DNA of 64,000 bases from contig NC_088859.1 of assembly GCF_963853765.1 (NCBI RefSeq), forward strand, positions 31,434,001 to 31,498,000, written 5' to 3'. A model generated the notes under the pieces. That model worked only from the letters and a program-made list of their open reading frames with translations, made no database searches and had not been told where the DNA came from. The DNA comes from Magallana gigas (taxonomy: Eukaryota). Below, in pieces: positions 1 to 20,900 of this stretch (positions are counted from its first letter, which is position 1; the number at the start of each line of letters is the position of its first letter). Position numbers and translations under genes: made by a program.

Positions 1-7714
<7,714 letters not shown>

Positions 7715-10140
7715 CTATAATAACGGAGTCATATATTCGGAATCACAGTTTAGCAACATATGTGTATTGTTAAGTTTGCTGAAGAGGGAGAACGTTTTTG
7801 TTTAATTAAATGATGTATTTCTTTTTGTAATGTACCTGTTTGTTCGTCATAATCTTGTCGTGATCTCAAAAATCAAATACATGCATGTGAATAAACTTTA
7901 ACCGAGCCTATATTTTTTTCATTTTTAAAAATGTTTTGTCAGAGGGTATTTTTATGAATTTTGATATACATGTCGTTTACATTATTATGGATTTGATGTT
8001 TGTTTGTTTGTTTAAACTTTTTTTGTCAGTTGAAAATAAAATCTTTAAAACAACGAAGTAATTTATTAGTTACTTTTATAGTCTTTCATCATACAAATAC
8101 TACTAAAGCTTCTTGTCCATCAATGGCATTATGTAAAAAAAAAACCCAGAAAACTTTTTTGCAAGCGTATGTTAAACTGCAATTGTGCAAATGATTATAG
8201 TATTTAAGGAAAATTCCACGATAGTGCTTGAAGCCTAACCAATTCATATTAAAATTCTTTTAATGTTGGGATTGATATTAGTTATCAATAACACTGAGAC
8301 TGTGAAAAATACTAGTTATACTAGTTATAAATAAATTACCCGCCAAATTAAAAAAAAAAGAAGCTTATATCAACATACTTTCAAAGTTTTAAAATTAGCT
8401 TAATGGACTTTTAACTGTTTTTATTTGACAATAAACTATAATTAGCGACGCGAATCTAAAGAATCTGGGGGAATAAGCCGAGGCAAAAATCCACATAGGT
8501 TCATTAAAAAAAATAATATTTCATTTATAGCAAATTTCACTTTCGTTACATTTATTAAACATATGTGATCATATACATTCAGAGCTGCCATAACCCACAA
8601 AAAGTAACTTCACATTTAATTGATATTAAGACAACAAAATAGTTATATGCTAATTTGGTAACAAAATGATATAGAAATCGGATGTTCCAATTATTTTTTT
8701 TCATAGAGTGGGTCATCGTACCATTTTTTAAAGAACGAATATTATTAACACATATTAACGTCTATCTTTTTCAATTTTCCAAAAGATGGTACGAAAACCC
8801 ACTCTATGGAAAAAAGTTTTCTTCTTTTAATTTTTAAGATTGGTCTTTAAATGACTAAGTTCAGTCGTTTGCGGAAAACTGATAACAATAGAATCAGCTA
8901 TATTATAGCACCTAAACAAGCGAATCGGTAGTGTAGTGGTAAGAGAGGAGTTCTTTAAACAAATGTAAATGTAAAAGTGGGTGTTCGAATCGTACGCGTT
9001 ATGGGGTTTTTTTTTGGTTTATCTTTTTGTTTACATTGTTAGAATGTAATTTTGTTTTTTACCTAATAATATACATTGTTAAAATGTAATTTTCCTTTTT
9101 TTTTCTTAATAATGAAAATTTGGATAAAACGTTCCATCTTTTAATCCTTGAGAGTCTTGTCAACACAACAAGGACACACGCTGGACAATAGCATGTAATT
9201 GTGCACAAAATGAAGAATACAAGCTAAGTCAAATGTACAGTATGCGCCTAAAGAAAATTCAACGATTAACTAGGCATGTATTTCACTTCCAATTGTATCG
9301 GCAGGAAAATCACATTACAGATGCGTGTTTTGTTGTGAAAGAAAAGCATAGTAGTTCTACCAAAAGACACAAAGACCACTATGACCAATGACCAACACAA
9401 AGTTTGACCACTGACCTATAACAATCCCCCTTGTTATACGTTACTGGTTTGACTATCGCTGTCTTCCGTGTGGTATATATCAACCGGGGGGGGGGGGGGG
9501 GGGCTAATGGGGACTTAGCCCCTCCCCCCACTTTTGCAAATCTATACATAGTTTTATAAGTCTAGCCCCCCCCCCCTTTCATTTTGCTTCCGACGCCACT
9601 GTATATTTTTTTTTTGAAAATACTTGTTTTAAATACCTACAAAAGGAGTTAACTGAATTATTTCTGTCTCCGAAGCGGAAAAATCGACTCCCCCATACTC
9701 TTTGTCGACTCCCCTGCGTTAGGGGTTGTATACGATGACTGAGGTAAATTAGTAAATTAAATACTATTAGAAAATAATCAACATTTTTGTATTTTAACTC
9801 TTAAATTGAGTATGTGATTGTCATTTTATATTGGCCAGTTTAAAGTATATGAAAATACTACAAAATTGAAGCGCAGCTACGCCTTTCAAATGTCGATTGC
9901 CCCTTTCTCGCATTTTTGGACATTTTCTTTTGGACAATACTGTCCACCGTTTATATGCCCAGTAACTCGTACGTTTATTACTTCTTATAAGACGTATGAG
10001 AGGGTCGTGGGCATTTGCAACGGCTTATTCCCCCAGATTCTTTAACAAAAGTTTCTGAAACTTTTTTTTTTAAACTGACTGCCGACCACGTGTTTTCTTG
10101 CCAGCTAGATGTATGTGGGTTATTTTATGGAAAAGTCCAT

Positions 10141-10692
10141 TTTAAATGAACTTGGACATGATTTGAAATCAAAAATTTTAATTTTTTTTATGTATAAAAT
10201 GGTTTACTGGTGCATTTTAAATGATTGACCAAAATATTGAATGTTAAAGTCAAGTTACAAGCGAGATACAGAGGTAAAAATTGATTGTTATGTAAAAAAA
10301 AAAAAAAAGCTGGAGTCTATAGTTGTTTACAAAAAATGAAATGCAGAGAATAACCATTTCTTAGACAAAATTACATGTAAAATGCAATTTAAACTAACTC
10401 AATATCTTTATAAATACTATTATCAACAAAATAAAGTTATATTTGATTGAAACTTACACCAGTACAACACATATGTAAAAAACGACAATATTCGAGTTTT
10501 GTTTACAAAACAAAGAATTATGAACCCTGTATCTTGCCTGTAACTTGATATTTCAATTTCAATTTTTGACATAACATTAAAAACTTCTTTATTTATCATT
10601 ATAAACATTGAAAATGGAAAAATAAAACTTCTTTATTTATCATTATAAACATTGAAAATGGAAAATTTTAAGTCAAATCGTGTCTAAGTCCC
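10141..10692. mobile_element. Degenerate MITE containing an internal 44-bp tandem duplication (10580-10665)
   Basis: Imperfect terminal inverted repeats ACTTGGACATGATTTGAAATCAAAAATTT and AAATTTTAAGTCAAATCGTGTCTAAGT. Confidence 0.55.
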
Positions 10693-10749
10693 AGTTCTAG
10701 TGTTGTGAAATCAACATTAAAAAATACCTGGAGGTAAATAAAAGAATGT

Positions 10750-13450
10750 TCATGGAAGTGTTCACTTTTCTATGAAAGCCTCTTCCCAGCAAGCCCATAT
10801 TGCCACGCTTGATTCCCACCGGTACAGATCTCCACTTTGAGAAAGAATGTCCGGATTCATCCGTTACAGTGTTAGTGATTTATTAAAATGTCAGATGACT
10901 TCAATTTTTGGAAGGACCAACAGCATCTACTTCAAAACATGGGAAAAACTTTTCAAAGTCGCTATATAGAGAATGTATTGACTTAAACGTAAAATTAATT
11001 ATTAAAATTTTCTAAAAATAGGATGATGGAGATATTCCAAACTGGAAAAAATAGTCGTTCTATGTATCATTAATTTTTACATATACTTGCATATACAGTG
11101 GTGTTGCAATGTCATTATTTAAAATAGTTGATAGTCATGATTCTTTTGATGTTTGTCATACAAAATTTTACGCTCCCTCATAATGTTAACTTTCTTTGTT
11201 TTGTGTTTTATTCCTTTGGAACAATATATTTCAGATGAAAACATCCACAAACATACATTTACAAACTGAGTACAGATATTTAAACTGTGTGCTTGTTCTG
11301 AATACATTTTACTGGTCTTAAAGGGGCATGGTCACGATTTTGGTCAAAAATTATTTTTTCGATTTTAATGTTTATAATGCTTCAGTAAGGCATTTTTAAT
11401 TGGCAGCCAACATTTGACTGTCATTTGTTGAGTTATAAGCGAGTTTTAGAGCTTACAATTCCTCGCTATGTAAACAAAGCATTTGTTTACATTTTGAATG
11501 TTGAAGTGACAATTCCAGTTTTAGATCTAAAATGAATGTGTTTATGATTAGGACCTGTTTATTTATGCTTAAAAAGAATAAGAATATAAATAAATCCTCT
11601 TGAAAAAGATTTTTTACTGGTATATCGAATCTATGTAATCAAAAACAGGGCACGAGCCTTGTTTACATGCGAAGAATTGTGAGCCCTGTATCTTGCTTAA
11701 AACTCATTGACGGGTACCCAAATTTCATTTGATCATTAGAAATGCATTTATAAAGCAGTGTAAATAATAAAAACAGAAAAATAAAATTTGACCAAAATCG
11801 TGACCATGCCCCTTTAAATTACGAAAGCTTGCCGAGTCTTCCTTTTCTCTATGTCTCACGATGTTCTAATATACATGTATAATACTTCCTAAGTAGGTAA
11901 AATCTTTATGTCTTTTATTCGATGTTGCTGATTTTGATGCTGTCAGTTTCGTTGATTTTAATCGTCTTTGTTTTATGGACATTAATGTACAGGCAAGTTC
12001 ACTTGGCTGTTGTTTCTAGGTTGGTAGCTTTAAGTTGAGAGGTTTGAAGACAATAAGAAAGAGTGCATATGTCATCGGAATAGTCATGCAGGATTTCAAG
12101 TTCTAGACGCTAAATGTTCACAGTATGCCAGTTGGGCTTCTGTGGGCTGTTCTGCAAGTCTATCACAAGAAGAAATGTTACTGGAAATGATTCTGTCACA
12201 GCTCCTCCAAGGAGGATTTAACAGGCGAATCCGCTACAAAGTTTGATAGCTATACTTTATACGGAATTCCATTATGTTCGAGGATTCCTAAAAGTACTTG
12301 TTTCTACACAATATTGAATGCCTTTTGGAGGTCTATACTTTTTGAGTAGGTATAGTGATGTCTGGCAGTTTAATGGTACTTCTTTAAGTGGCTATCTGAT
12401 AAACACATGAGCGCTTTTGTCTGAATCTAGATAGTTCGTCTCGCATCTTATTGTGTTTCTCCTCTTTATCTAAACACTATGATGATGTTTATCAATTTTG
12501 ACAACAGATACGATCTCTCCACTTTGTTTCAGGTTGTTACATAGCTAGAAAGGTGTCTCCCTATTAAACTTTGGAATTTTACAAAAAGTCCGAATATGAT
12601 ACCAAGACATTTTTAATGATCTTTGAGGCGTCTGAAGATACAGTTGTTGTCAATTGCACCAGCCTTCCCATTTTTGAGATGTCTTATTGCTGTTGCGACT
12701 TCTGCTTCTGTAATATATTCAATATCGCTGTTCAAAATTGAACTATGTTCCAAATTACAAGTAGATGAACCCTTTTGAGAGGTCGATTTAACACCTCCTG
12801 TCTTCCATGTTGGTCTTCTAATTAGGTATGAAGAATATGTTACCTTTCTTAAATATTCTCTCTGCTTGTTGAGTCAGATGTTATACGTTGTATCTCTTGT
12901 TCTATTTGCATCTCCTTTTCTTTTCTTTGTCTCAATTTGCATAATGTTCTGTTGTATTCCTCTTATTTTTTGCAACCAGTAGAGGATGATTTGAAGATAA
13001 ATCTGCTCATCTTTTTGCTCTTATATCTTAGAAAGATGATCTACACCTTCGAGCAATAACAATATGGTTTGACTAGTTTTCTGTATTTCAAGTTAGTGAC
13101 TAACGTAAGAAGAAAGCCCCTCTTCTGTCAAGACTGTTCACTGTACAAAAGTCAGCAAAAGGCTCACCATATTTGTTCAGAACTCCATTCCATGAGGTCC
13201 ATGTTCGAAAGGATGTCGATTTGTTTTTGCACAGTGTAAACAGCTATCTGTAAAGAGATATTTTAAAAATCCCAATCTGCATTTACTTGAATGATGGTTG
13301 TTTTCTGGAACTTGATTTTTATTCTAGTACACTTCTTTCTGCTTTCTTTGTAGGCATAAATCCTACTCCTTGATCATGAAAGTTGGTGTTGCTTGAATAA
13401 CCGGTGGACAAGGTGGTCATTACCGATATATTCCATCTTATTGTTGACAT
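10750..13450 (-). mobile_element. Old, degenerate RTE-like LINE remnant
   Basis: Minus-strand fragments translate as EVATAIRHLKNGKAGAID, IDLQKAF, GILEHNGIP and DYSDDICTLS...INVHKTKTIKIN, with many stops and frameshifts. Boundaries are approximate. Confidence 0.7.
11322..11813. mobile_element. Non-autonomous DNA transposon (MITE) with TTAA target duplication (Kolobok/piggyBac type)
   Basis: Terminal inverted repeats AGGGGCATGGTCACGATTTTGGTCAAA and TTTGACCAAAATCGTGACCATGCCCCT, each flanked by TTAA (11318-11321 and 11814-11817). Confidence 0.85.
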
Positions 13451-14959
13451 TTTCCGTTATGATATAACGTCTTTACATTCCTATTCTGGTGAAATATTTC
13501 GCTGAGAACAGCTTTGTCGGCCCTCGTGCAACGCGTTACGGTATGAGTATAAATGTTTCCTCTTTCTCGTGTCTCTGGCAAAAAGAAGGTTAGCTACTGT
13601 AATCTGTAACCATATTTGTCCACTGGTGGGTGGTTGCCCCCCCCCCCCCCCCAGGCTTACCATGGCCCTGTTACTGGCTTGTGTCGCCTCAAGGCATAAC
13701 AACGAGGACGAACAGTTGGATTTTTGTCAATTGTTAAAGGTAGAAATTTGAAAGGAAGACTCGTGTTTTTACAATACAGATCATAGAACGATTAACATTT
13801 ATAAAACCACGCAAAAAAATTATTCACACATTTATTTATAAACAAAACATAAATATCACAGTATGTTGAGGTAAAAATTTTATAACGAATTATAAATAGT
13901 AACAAAGTGTGCTGGCTCCAATATCCATGAATGTATCTCATATACAATGAACAGCTTTGATTATTATGTAATGGTTACACATAGAACACTTCAAATCATA
14001 TTCACATTCTATTGTTGGGAACAATAGAAAATCCACACAACAAAATGATGTGAAAAAATATAAACTGGTTATAAATGCTATGATAATGACCCATATCTCA
14101 ATACAGCATATTTACAGATACAAGACAAGCACTATTTACATAAAAATGCTTATATGAAGTCAATGAAAATATCCCTGAGCTTTATTTCAAATGTGGAGAC
14201 AAAGGTTGCATGATTTAAATACCTGGAAATATTACAAATTCAAAATGAAATTTTTTTGGCAATTGTCTTTTAAAATTTTACAAAACACACATCTAAGTAC
14301 TAGTTTAGTACATGGAAATTTAATTTGCTTTCTGACATAATGAATATAAAGAATGTAAGTTTGATTGGATCAATTCTCAGTTCTATGTAACTGATCTAAT
14401 TAAGGCATTACACACAAGGTGACCATATGTAACAACACAGTTAACCAACAAATTGGTGCTCTAAATACATGAACCCTATCCATAGAGTGGCAAGTACAGT
14501 ATGTGGTATGAGATGATCGGCAAGTCTTATAATATCATTCTGGTAACCTGTCACAAAGGTGTGTAATCTGTGTAATACACTGGAAAATTCTAACTATGGT
14601 GAACCATTAATTGTCCATATTTTGTATTGCTTTTTGTATTTATTTATTACTGATATTGACTGAAAATATGTTTATGATGATGGATAAATTACAGGTAAGC
14701 ATGTATTTTATCTCAAAGTATGGCTTAACCGAACATATAATTATAACAATTAATGACTTGTGAACAAAGAAATACAATGTTAGATAACACAAAATCAGAG
14801 AATACATAAACTAGAATTTCAACCTATCAAATTATGAAATGACGCACTGATCTAAACTGTAGCTGTACCACTTCAAAAGTCATAGAAGAAGTCAGAAATT
14901 GCTATCATATGGTTTTCAACACTTGTTGTAAAATTGCACTTTTTCCCTGATGATGATTG

Positions 14960-17900
14960 TCAGATGTCCATTGCTGGTAACTCTGGTATAGTCTGTAAAA
15001 ATAAAAAATAAAATTGAAAAATTACCACCCTGATTTGAAAAGGTATCTGAGAGAATTACAAAAGAAACACCAAAAAATCAAGATACAAAGATTGTTCATC
15101 CCCCCCCCCCCCCCCAATCCTAAATTGTCATTATTGATCACCAGATACAACACAGTTTTCAATAATTCAATCCTCTCACTTTGAGGTCCAAAAGATGATA
15201 AGGAACGTCCATTACTATGTTGCTATTCTTGACAATCAGGTGACCTCGTTTTGCTGAAGGACCAACAACATCCACCTCCTCACCACGAGACAGAACTTGA
15301 CCATTCACTGGCTCCTCTGATAGATAATGCAACATATTGTGTAATATCAAATAAAACGTTTATCTTCATTTTTTAAAGTCCCAGTAAATAGCTCACTGAA
15401 CATTTTTGAACAGATTTCTTATGATCTTCAAAAAGATGGTTAAAACTTACTTGGGTAGTCATCCTTCATAATACGGTGGTGTGGATATCCTAATCGGATA
15501 TTTTTGGCAACACAGTAAAGTCTGTTTGGGGGTACTGAGGGGGCAGATTCCTGTTTAAAAAAAGCCATATTGCAACGATGGAATATTTTCACTCAACTGG
15601 TTTTCAACTTTTGAATAAATATAAAAATAACAATATAATTTGATCGGTTGCATTACATGTGATACTTACCAGACTTATATTGTAGTATTTTGATGCTTGC
15701 TGTAGAAGATTTTCATCCTTCCTTATAATGGCAACTTTCTTTGCTTTGTTGGATTTCCTAGAAGAAAAAGATAAACCAATTTTTAAAGACAAAATCATTG
15801 ACACAGCCCTACTACGGTAGTAATTGAGAATACTGGTAAAATTTTACTATGGATTGTTTTCAGATGATAATAAAGTACTCTCTCTCTCTCTCTCTCTATA
15901 AAGAAAGCCTTGGACTGGCAGTGACACATTATTTGGATGACTTAATATTCATATTCACAAAACAAAAGGGTCATTTATAATACTGTAAACCAACTTTTAA
16001 TCGCGGTGACTTTCATTCGCGATTTCCCAGAGATAAACTGGATCGCGACGACTAATTTTCATGACCAAGCTTTATCCAGACCCATGTTGTGATAAGAATC
16101 AAACGACAAGGGCTGGTTCGCGGCGAGAAATATTCGCGACAACAAGGCTCTCGCGAACCTCGCGAATATTTCTCGCATGCGAATAAAAGTTGGTTTACAG
16201 TATATACAAATTATTTATAAGTGCTTGTCGTTTGAAAAAAACAAAACAAGACTTTCTGAATACCGAATTTTAATGATGATCATTAACAATTGAAGAAGTA
16301 AAGTAATAACATTTTTTTGTCTCACTGAAACAAGATATTTACCAAGAAGATCCGGTTTTAGAGGACTTGACAGACTCTCTGTCCGACAGAAGCTGATGTT
16401 TATACCGTGACCAGTATTTCCTACACAGCCGGCCCTTCCAGTATGCCTGAATAATGGCTGCTGCCTTGTTGATCCTCTCTGCTCTCATGGCCTCCAACTG
16501 CTGTCGAGTTCCTTCACTAAAAATTTGATAACATCATCTTTTTTTAATAGTGGAAAATAATTCTTATCAGAGTGCTTCACTACAAAGTAAATATGTTAAC
16601 AGTATTTTTTAACAAATAAAAGTTATCACAAGGCTTCATCAAATGACTATCAAAATCAATAGGAAAATCAACTGAAATAGGTTTGCATTTTTATGACAAT
16701 ACCTGAAGAAGATGTGTTTTTTCCCATACATCCATTGTGTGCTGACATATGGAAGTTTGCTTTCATCCATGGCTTTAAGAAAGTTGTTCAGTATAGCCTA
16801 AAAGTATCAATCCATATTGAATTTATTCCAATCAAACATATATAAGAAATATCACTAGCAAGTGTTGAACAAAATTGATTCTGAGTTATGTCCCTTGAAA
16901 ATGCAATGGCTGCCTACCTTACATTGATCCTGTTGAGTGTCCAACTGATAAGGCTTTGTGTGACCAAAGAATATCTTATATCTATTATTGAATGACTTGT
17001 ATCTCATTCTGTGGGGAATACCTATCAAAAATAATTCCCATTTCAAAACATGTATCAACTGTTTATTTCTGAAAGAATCTGCACCTTTTATTGCCAAGTT
17101 TTTGATTGCCATAGAGGTAAGGTTTGTTAAAAGAGGCTCACCACCAGCCATCAGATGAACTGTCTCGAGAACTTGCAGTGATCTGAGTTGTCGGATGATT
17201 ACGTCCCCATCAAACTGGTCCATTTCCCCTCGGTCATTGGACTGAACAACAAAAGTTTATTGCAGTTTAACTTTGAAAAATATAAATCTATATTGTTATC
17301 AGTCTTTTCACTTTTTCTTGAATTCTTTGATTTTTTTTTTACCTTTAAGCATAAAACAAAGTGGGGTTTGGAATGCATTAATGTCTTCAACAGATTGTCC
17401 AGCTTGGTTTGGAAATCAGAGGAGAGGGTGCCTCTTGTTCCATTTCTTCTGCAAACATAGAACCTCTTTAGAAAAGAATAAAGAGAATAAAAAAAAAATT
17501 GGATAATCAGGGAAATTGCTTACTTGAAATCGGAAGAATTTGGCAAGATTCTGTGCTTAAGTCCATGTGGTCCAGAGCTTACATCTGCAACAAAGCTTTT
17601 CTGATTAATTCACTTAACTTTGTTGCCATTTTGTACTTTACTGAGAATTCAAAAAGAAAACTTCTATGCATTCAGCAAACATTGGTGTTAACAAGCACAA
17701 AATAAATCATGGATGTAACTTTTAACACTTCTCACCTCCAGCAACTGGTTTATTTTCCTGTGCAAACAAATGAGACACAAATCCAAAGTTACAGTTTTGT
17801 TTGGAGAAGACAGACACTACATCATCCGGTAAAGTGTCTTGATTATTCTGTAGAAAGTTATCAGCATTGTAAACTACCCGCCCAGCAAAGTGGCGGATTC

Positions 17901-20900
17901 CGAAGATGGTGTCGGCCTTGGGTAATGGCTCAAAGAAACTAGAAGTAAGTAAATCAATCGCGATTTCAAATTTTCTTTTATACACGCAACACTTTCATGT
18001 GGCCATAGGTTAAAGGTATGCATTTGTTTCTCCTTACAATAAATATCTCATCTTTGGAAGAAGGAGCATAGCAAAGATACTAAAATCAATATATGTGAAT
18101 ACTAGTGCTTACTAATTATTGACTCGATGATGAGCTTTTACTTTGCTTGTATACACTTCGATACTGCTTCTAGGTTGGGCACACTCAATATCCAGAATAT
18201 TTAAAATTCCATTCCTCTGCCAAAAAGAAGACAAAACATGAAAGCATTCTTATTTTATGACATTATACCACTGATTGCATTATAAGATAAAATTATACCT
18301 GTGATGTTAAAAGCTCTAAAATTGGTTCATTGTCAAGGTAACGAACTTCGACCTCTGTCTGGATATCTTCATCCTTTAAAGCCTGCATAGTGCTCTTGAA
18401 AATGTATGTATTGTAAAAATGCTGAATGGTCTCTGCACATAAATTCACACATAGTTGCTCAAGTTGATTTTTCTACAAAAAAATACAGAAAGAAAAATTA
18501 GAAATTGAAAAAGTGTCCTTCAAAATCTGAATCGACAAAGTAAACTAGAGGTACTGTGAGCAAGCTTACAATTGATACCCCCCGCTAAGAAAAAAATCAT
18601 AGCGCGTGTATTTTGGCTATTATAGAAAATATTGGATGAATCTATTTCACTGTCCATTTTCTATAAATAACAACTGCTCTATTTTTTAAAACTGTTAATG
18701 CTAATAGGAGTAAACAAACACATTTCTATCCTTTAATTCCATTTTATTTTAAGTTAACTGTTAATGCATGAGGGTATTTGCATCCTTCCGTTAACAACCA
18801 TGACTCGAATCAAACGAAATCCACATGTCAAGCAGCCATTTAATATTTAAACATTTTGAATTATTGGTATACTGAGCCCAATTTTTTCCGAAATTTTTAT
18901 CCACACATTTTTTTTTTTCCAAAAATAATTTCATTGGGGCAGGCCATATTCAGAGAGACGGGGATAAGAATCTAAAAATAATTCTATGTGGCCTGAGACA
19001 AGCAAGCTTTGTGTCAAATTTTAGCTTCTAATTTTTCCATTAATACAAGACATGACACAGACAGAATTTAGCATTTTTGAAACAATAACCTTGACCTTGC
19101 CCAAAAGACCTTGGGTCAAGGTCATGACACACCCTGAGGTCATGAGCAATCTTTGTGTTAAGTAAGAACTTCCAATGTTTCTCCATAAGAAAGATACGGA
19201 CCGGACACAAATTTTGCATTTTTTCTGCCAGTGACCTTGACCTTGCCCAAATGACCTTGGGTCAAGGTCATGACACACCCTTAGGTCATAAGCAATCTTT
19301 GTGTGAAGTAAGAACTTCCAATGTTTCTCCATAAGAAAGATATGGACCGGACACGATTGCACAGACAGACAGACGGACAGACAGACGGATGGACAAGGTG
19401 ATTCCATATACCCCCCCAAACTTTGTTTGTGGGGGGTATAATAAAATTTTATTTTCATCAAATGCATTTTTCACCATGGAAAAGGTTTACCTGAGCTGTT
19501 TCAAATCCAAACATGTCAATAATGCTGATAAATCCATCATATTTTGTTTTTTCATAGCCAGACCTAATTGAAGAACTTCTGGAAAACATCTGCTCAGAGA
19601 ATGATGTCCCTCCTGGATCAACTGTAAAAATGTAGGAATTTATAACTTGTTATCTAGTGTATTTTTTACATTTCTGGTTTTTTTTCTTTTTATTGACAAA
19701 AACATACCATGATGTAAATTTGATTCAGTGCTTCCAGACAGTGAAGAGTTGATATTTGGACGCCGTAAACTGTTTGCTCTTTTCAAAATGGCTGCAACAG
19801 TTCTGCTATATAAGGACTTGGCCAAGGCATTCCTTGTAGCATTTGCCTAATATGGAAATGTGTAAAAACAAAATCTTGGGATTGTTTCCTTTAAACTGAG
19901 TGGTCCATAAAAATTTATATATTTCGAAATGAATGGCTCTACTGTATAGAGATTTGACTGAGGCACTAAAGTACTGAACATGTGTATAGCAAAATCTCTG
20001 CTCTTAGTGTCCAAATATTGATATTTTTAAGTGCATACATACCGAGTAAACATCTGCAAGTGATTTACATAGTTGACCTCGAGTATTACGAGTCCTTGTG
20101 GTGAATCCCCTGTATAATGCTACCCCAGAAACACCAAGCAAAGCTGCTACAGACTTGATTTCTACAGAAAATTTCCAGGTAAGTATTATATCAAAACAAA
20201 ATTTTTATACTGTATCAGATTGGCCGATAAGTATATGTCAAAATCATACAATTACTTACCATTATTACCAATTATATCTAACTCCAGGCCAGTTCCTTCA
20301 ATAAATTCTATGTTACCCAGTAGCAAGATGGCAGAAAAAATCCTCATGACATCAGAGAAAGGAATTCCTAAGATACCCAGGGAATTCTAGAACAGACATA
20401 GATAATGGTTATAGCCACAAATAAAACAACTGCTTTTCTCCACAAATAATTTTATCTTTAATAATTTCTGACCTTCCAAGCATCAAATCGAGATTTCTCT
20501 TCCATTTCATTCCATACATGAGTGTTGCCTAAGCTTAAATAGCTAAGGTTATGCATAGAGTACCCTGTCAGGTGTAGTTTAGCTATAAAAAAAAAATGAT
20601 CAAAATATATCCATATTATCATTATCTACTCAATATCTGTGTCAGGGATACCTAGCCAGAAAAATGCTGTTCATTATGTATAAAATCGGTGGGTTTTTTT
20701 TAAATTATATGTGCATCATCACTTATATAAAGCTTGTCTTATTACTCTTTTATTACTTATATCATTGGGAAAGAAATTAATAGAATGAAAAGCTTTGAAA
20801 ATTGGCAAACCTAGAAGTACCTTTTTCTTCAGGACCTAGTCCTGCTAACATCTGATAAAATATATGATAGTTCCTCTCGTTCTGCTGAACCGAACACACC

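Noticed and set aside
8925-8996. tRNA gene
   Set aside because: A- and B-box-like motifs are present but there is no cloverleaf; at most a degenerate tRNA-derived repeat head.
19021-19467. 148-aa ORF (MESPCPSVCLSVCLSV...) in the ORF track
   Set aside because: It lies entirely within a Helitron-like repeat, and the CLSV repeats are translated (GACA)n microsatellite.
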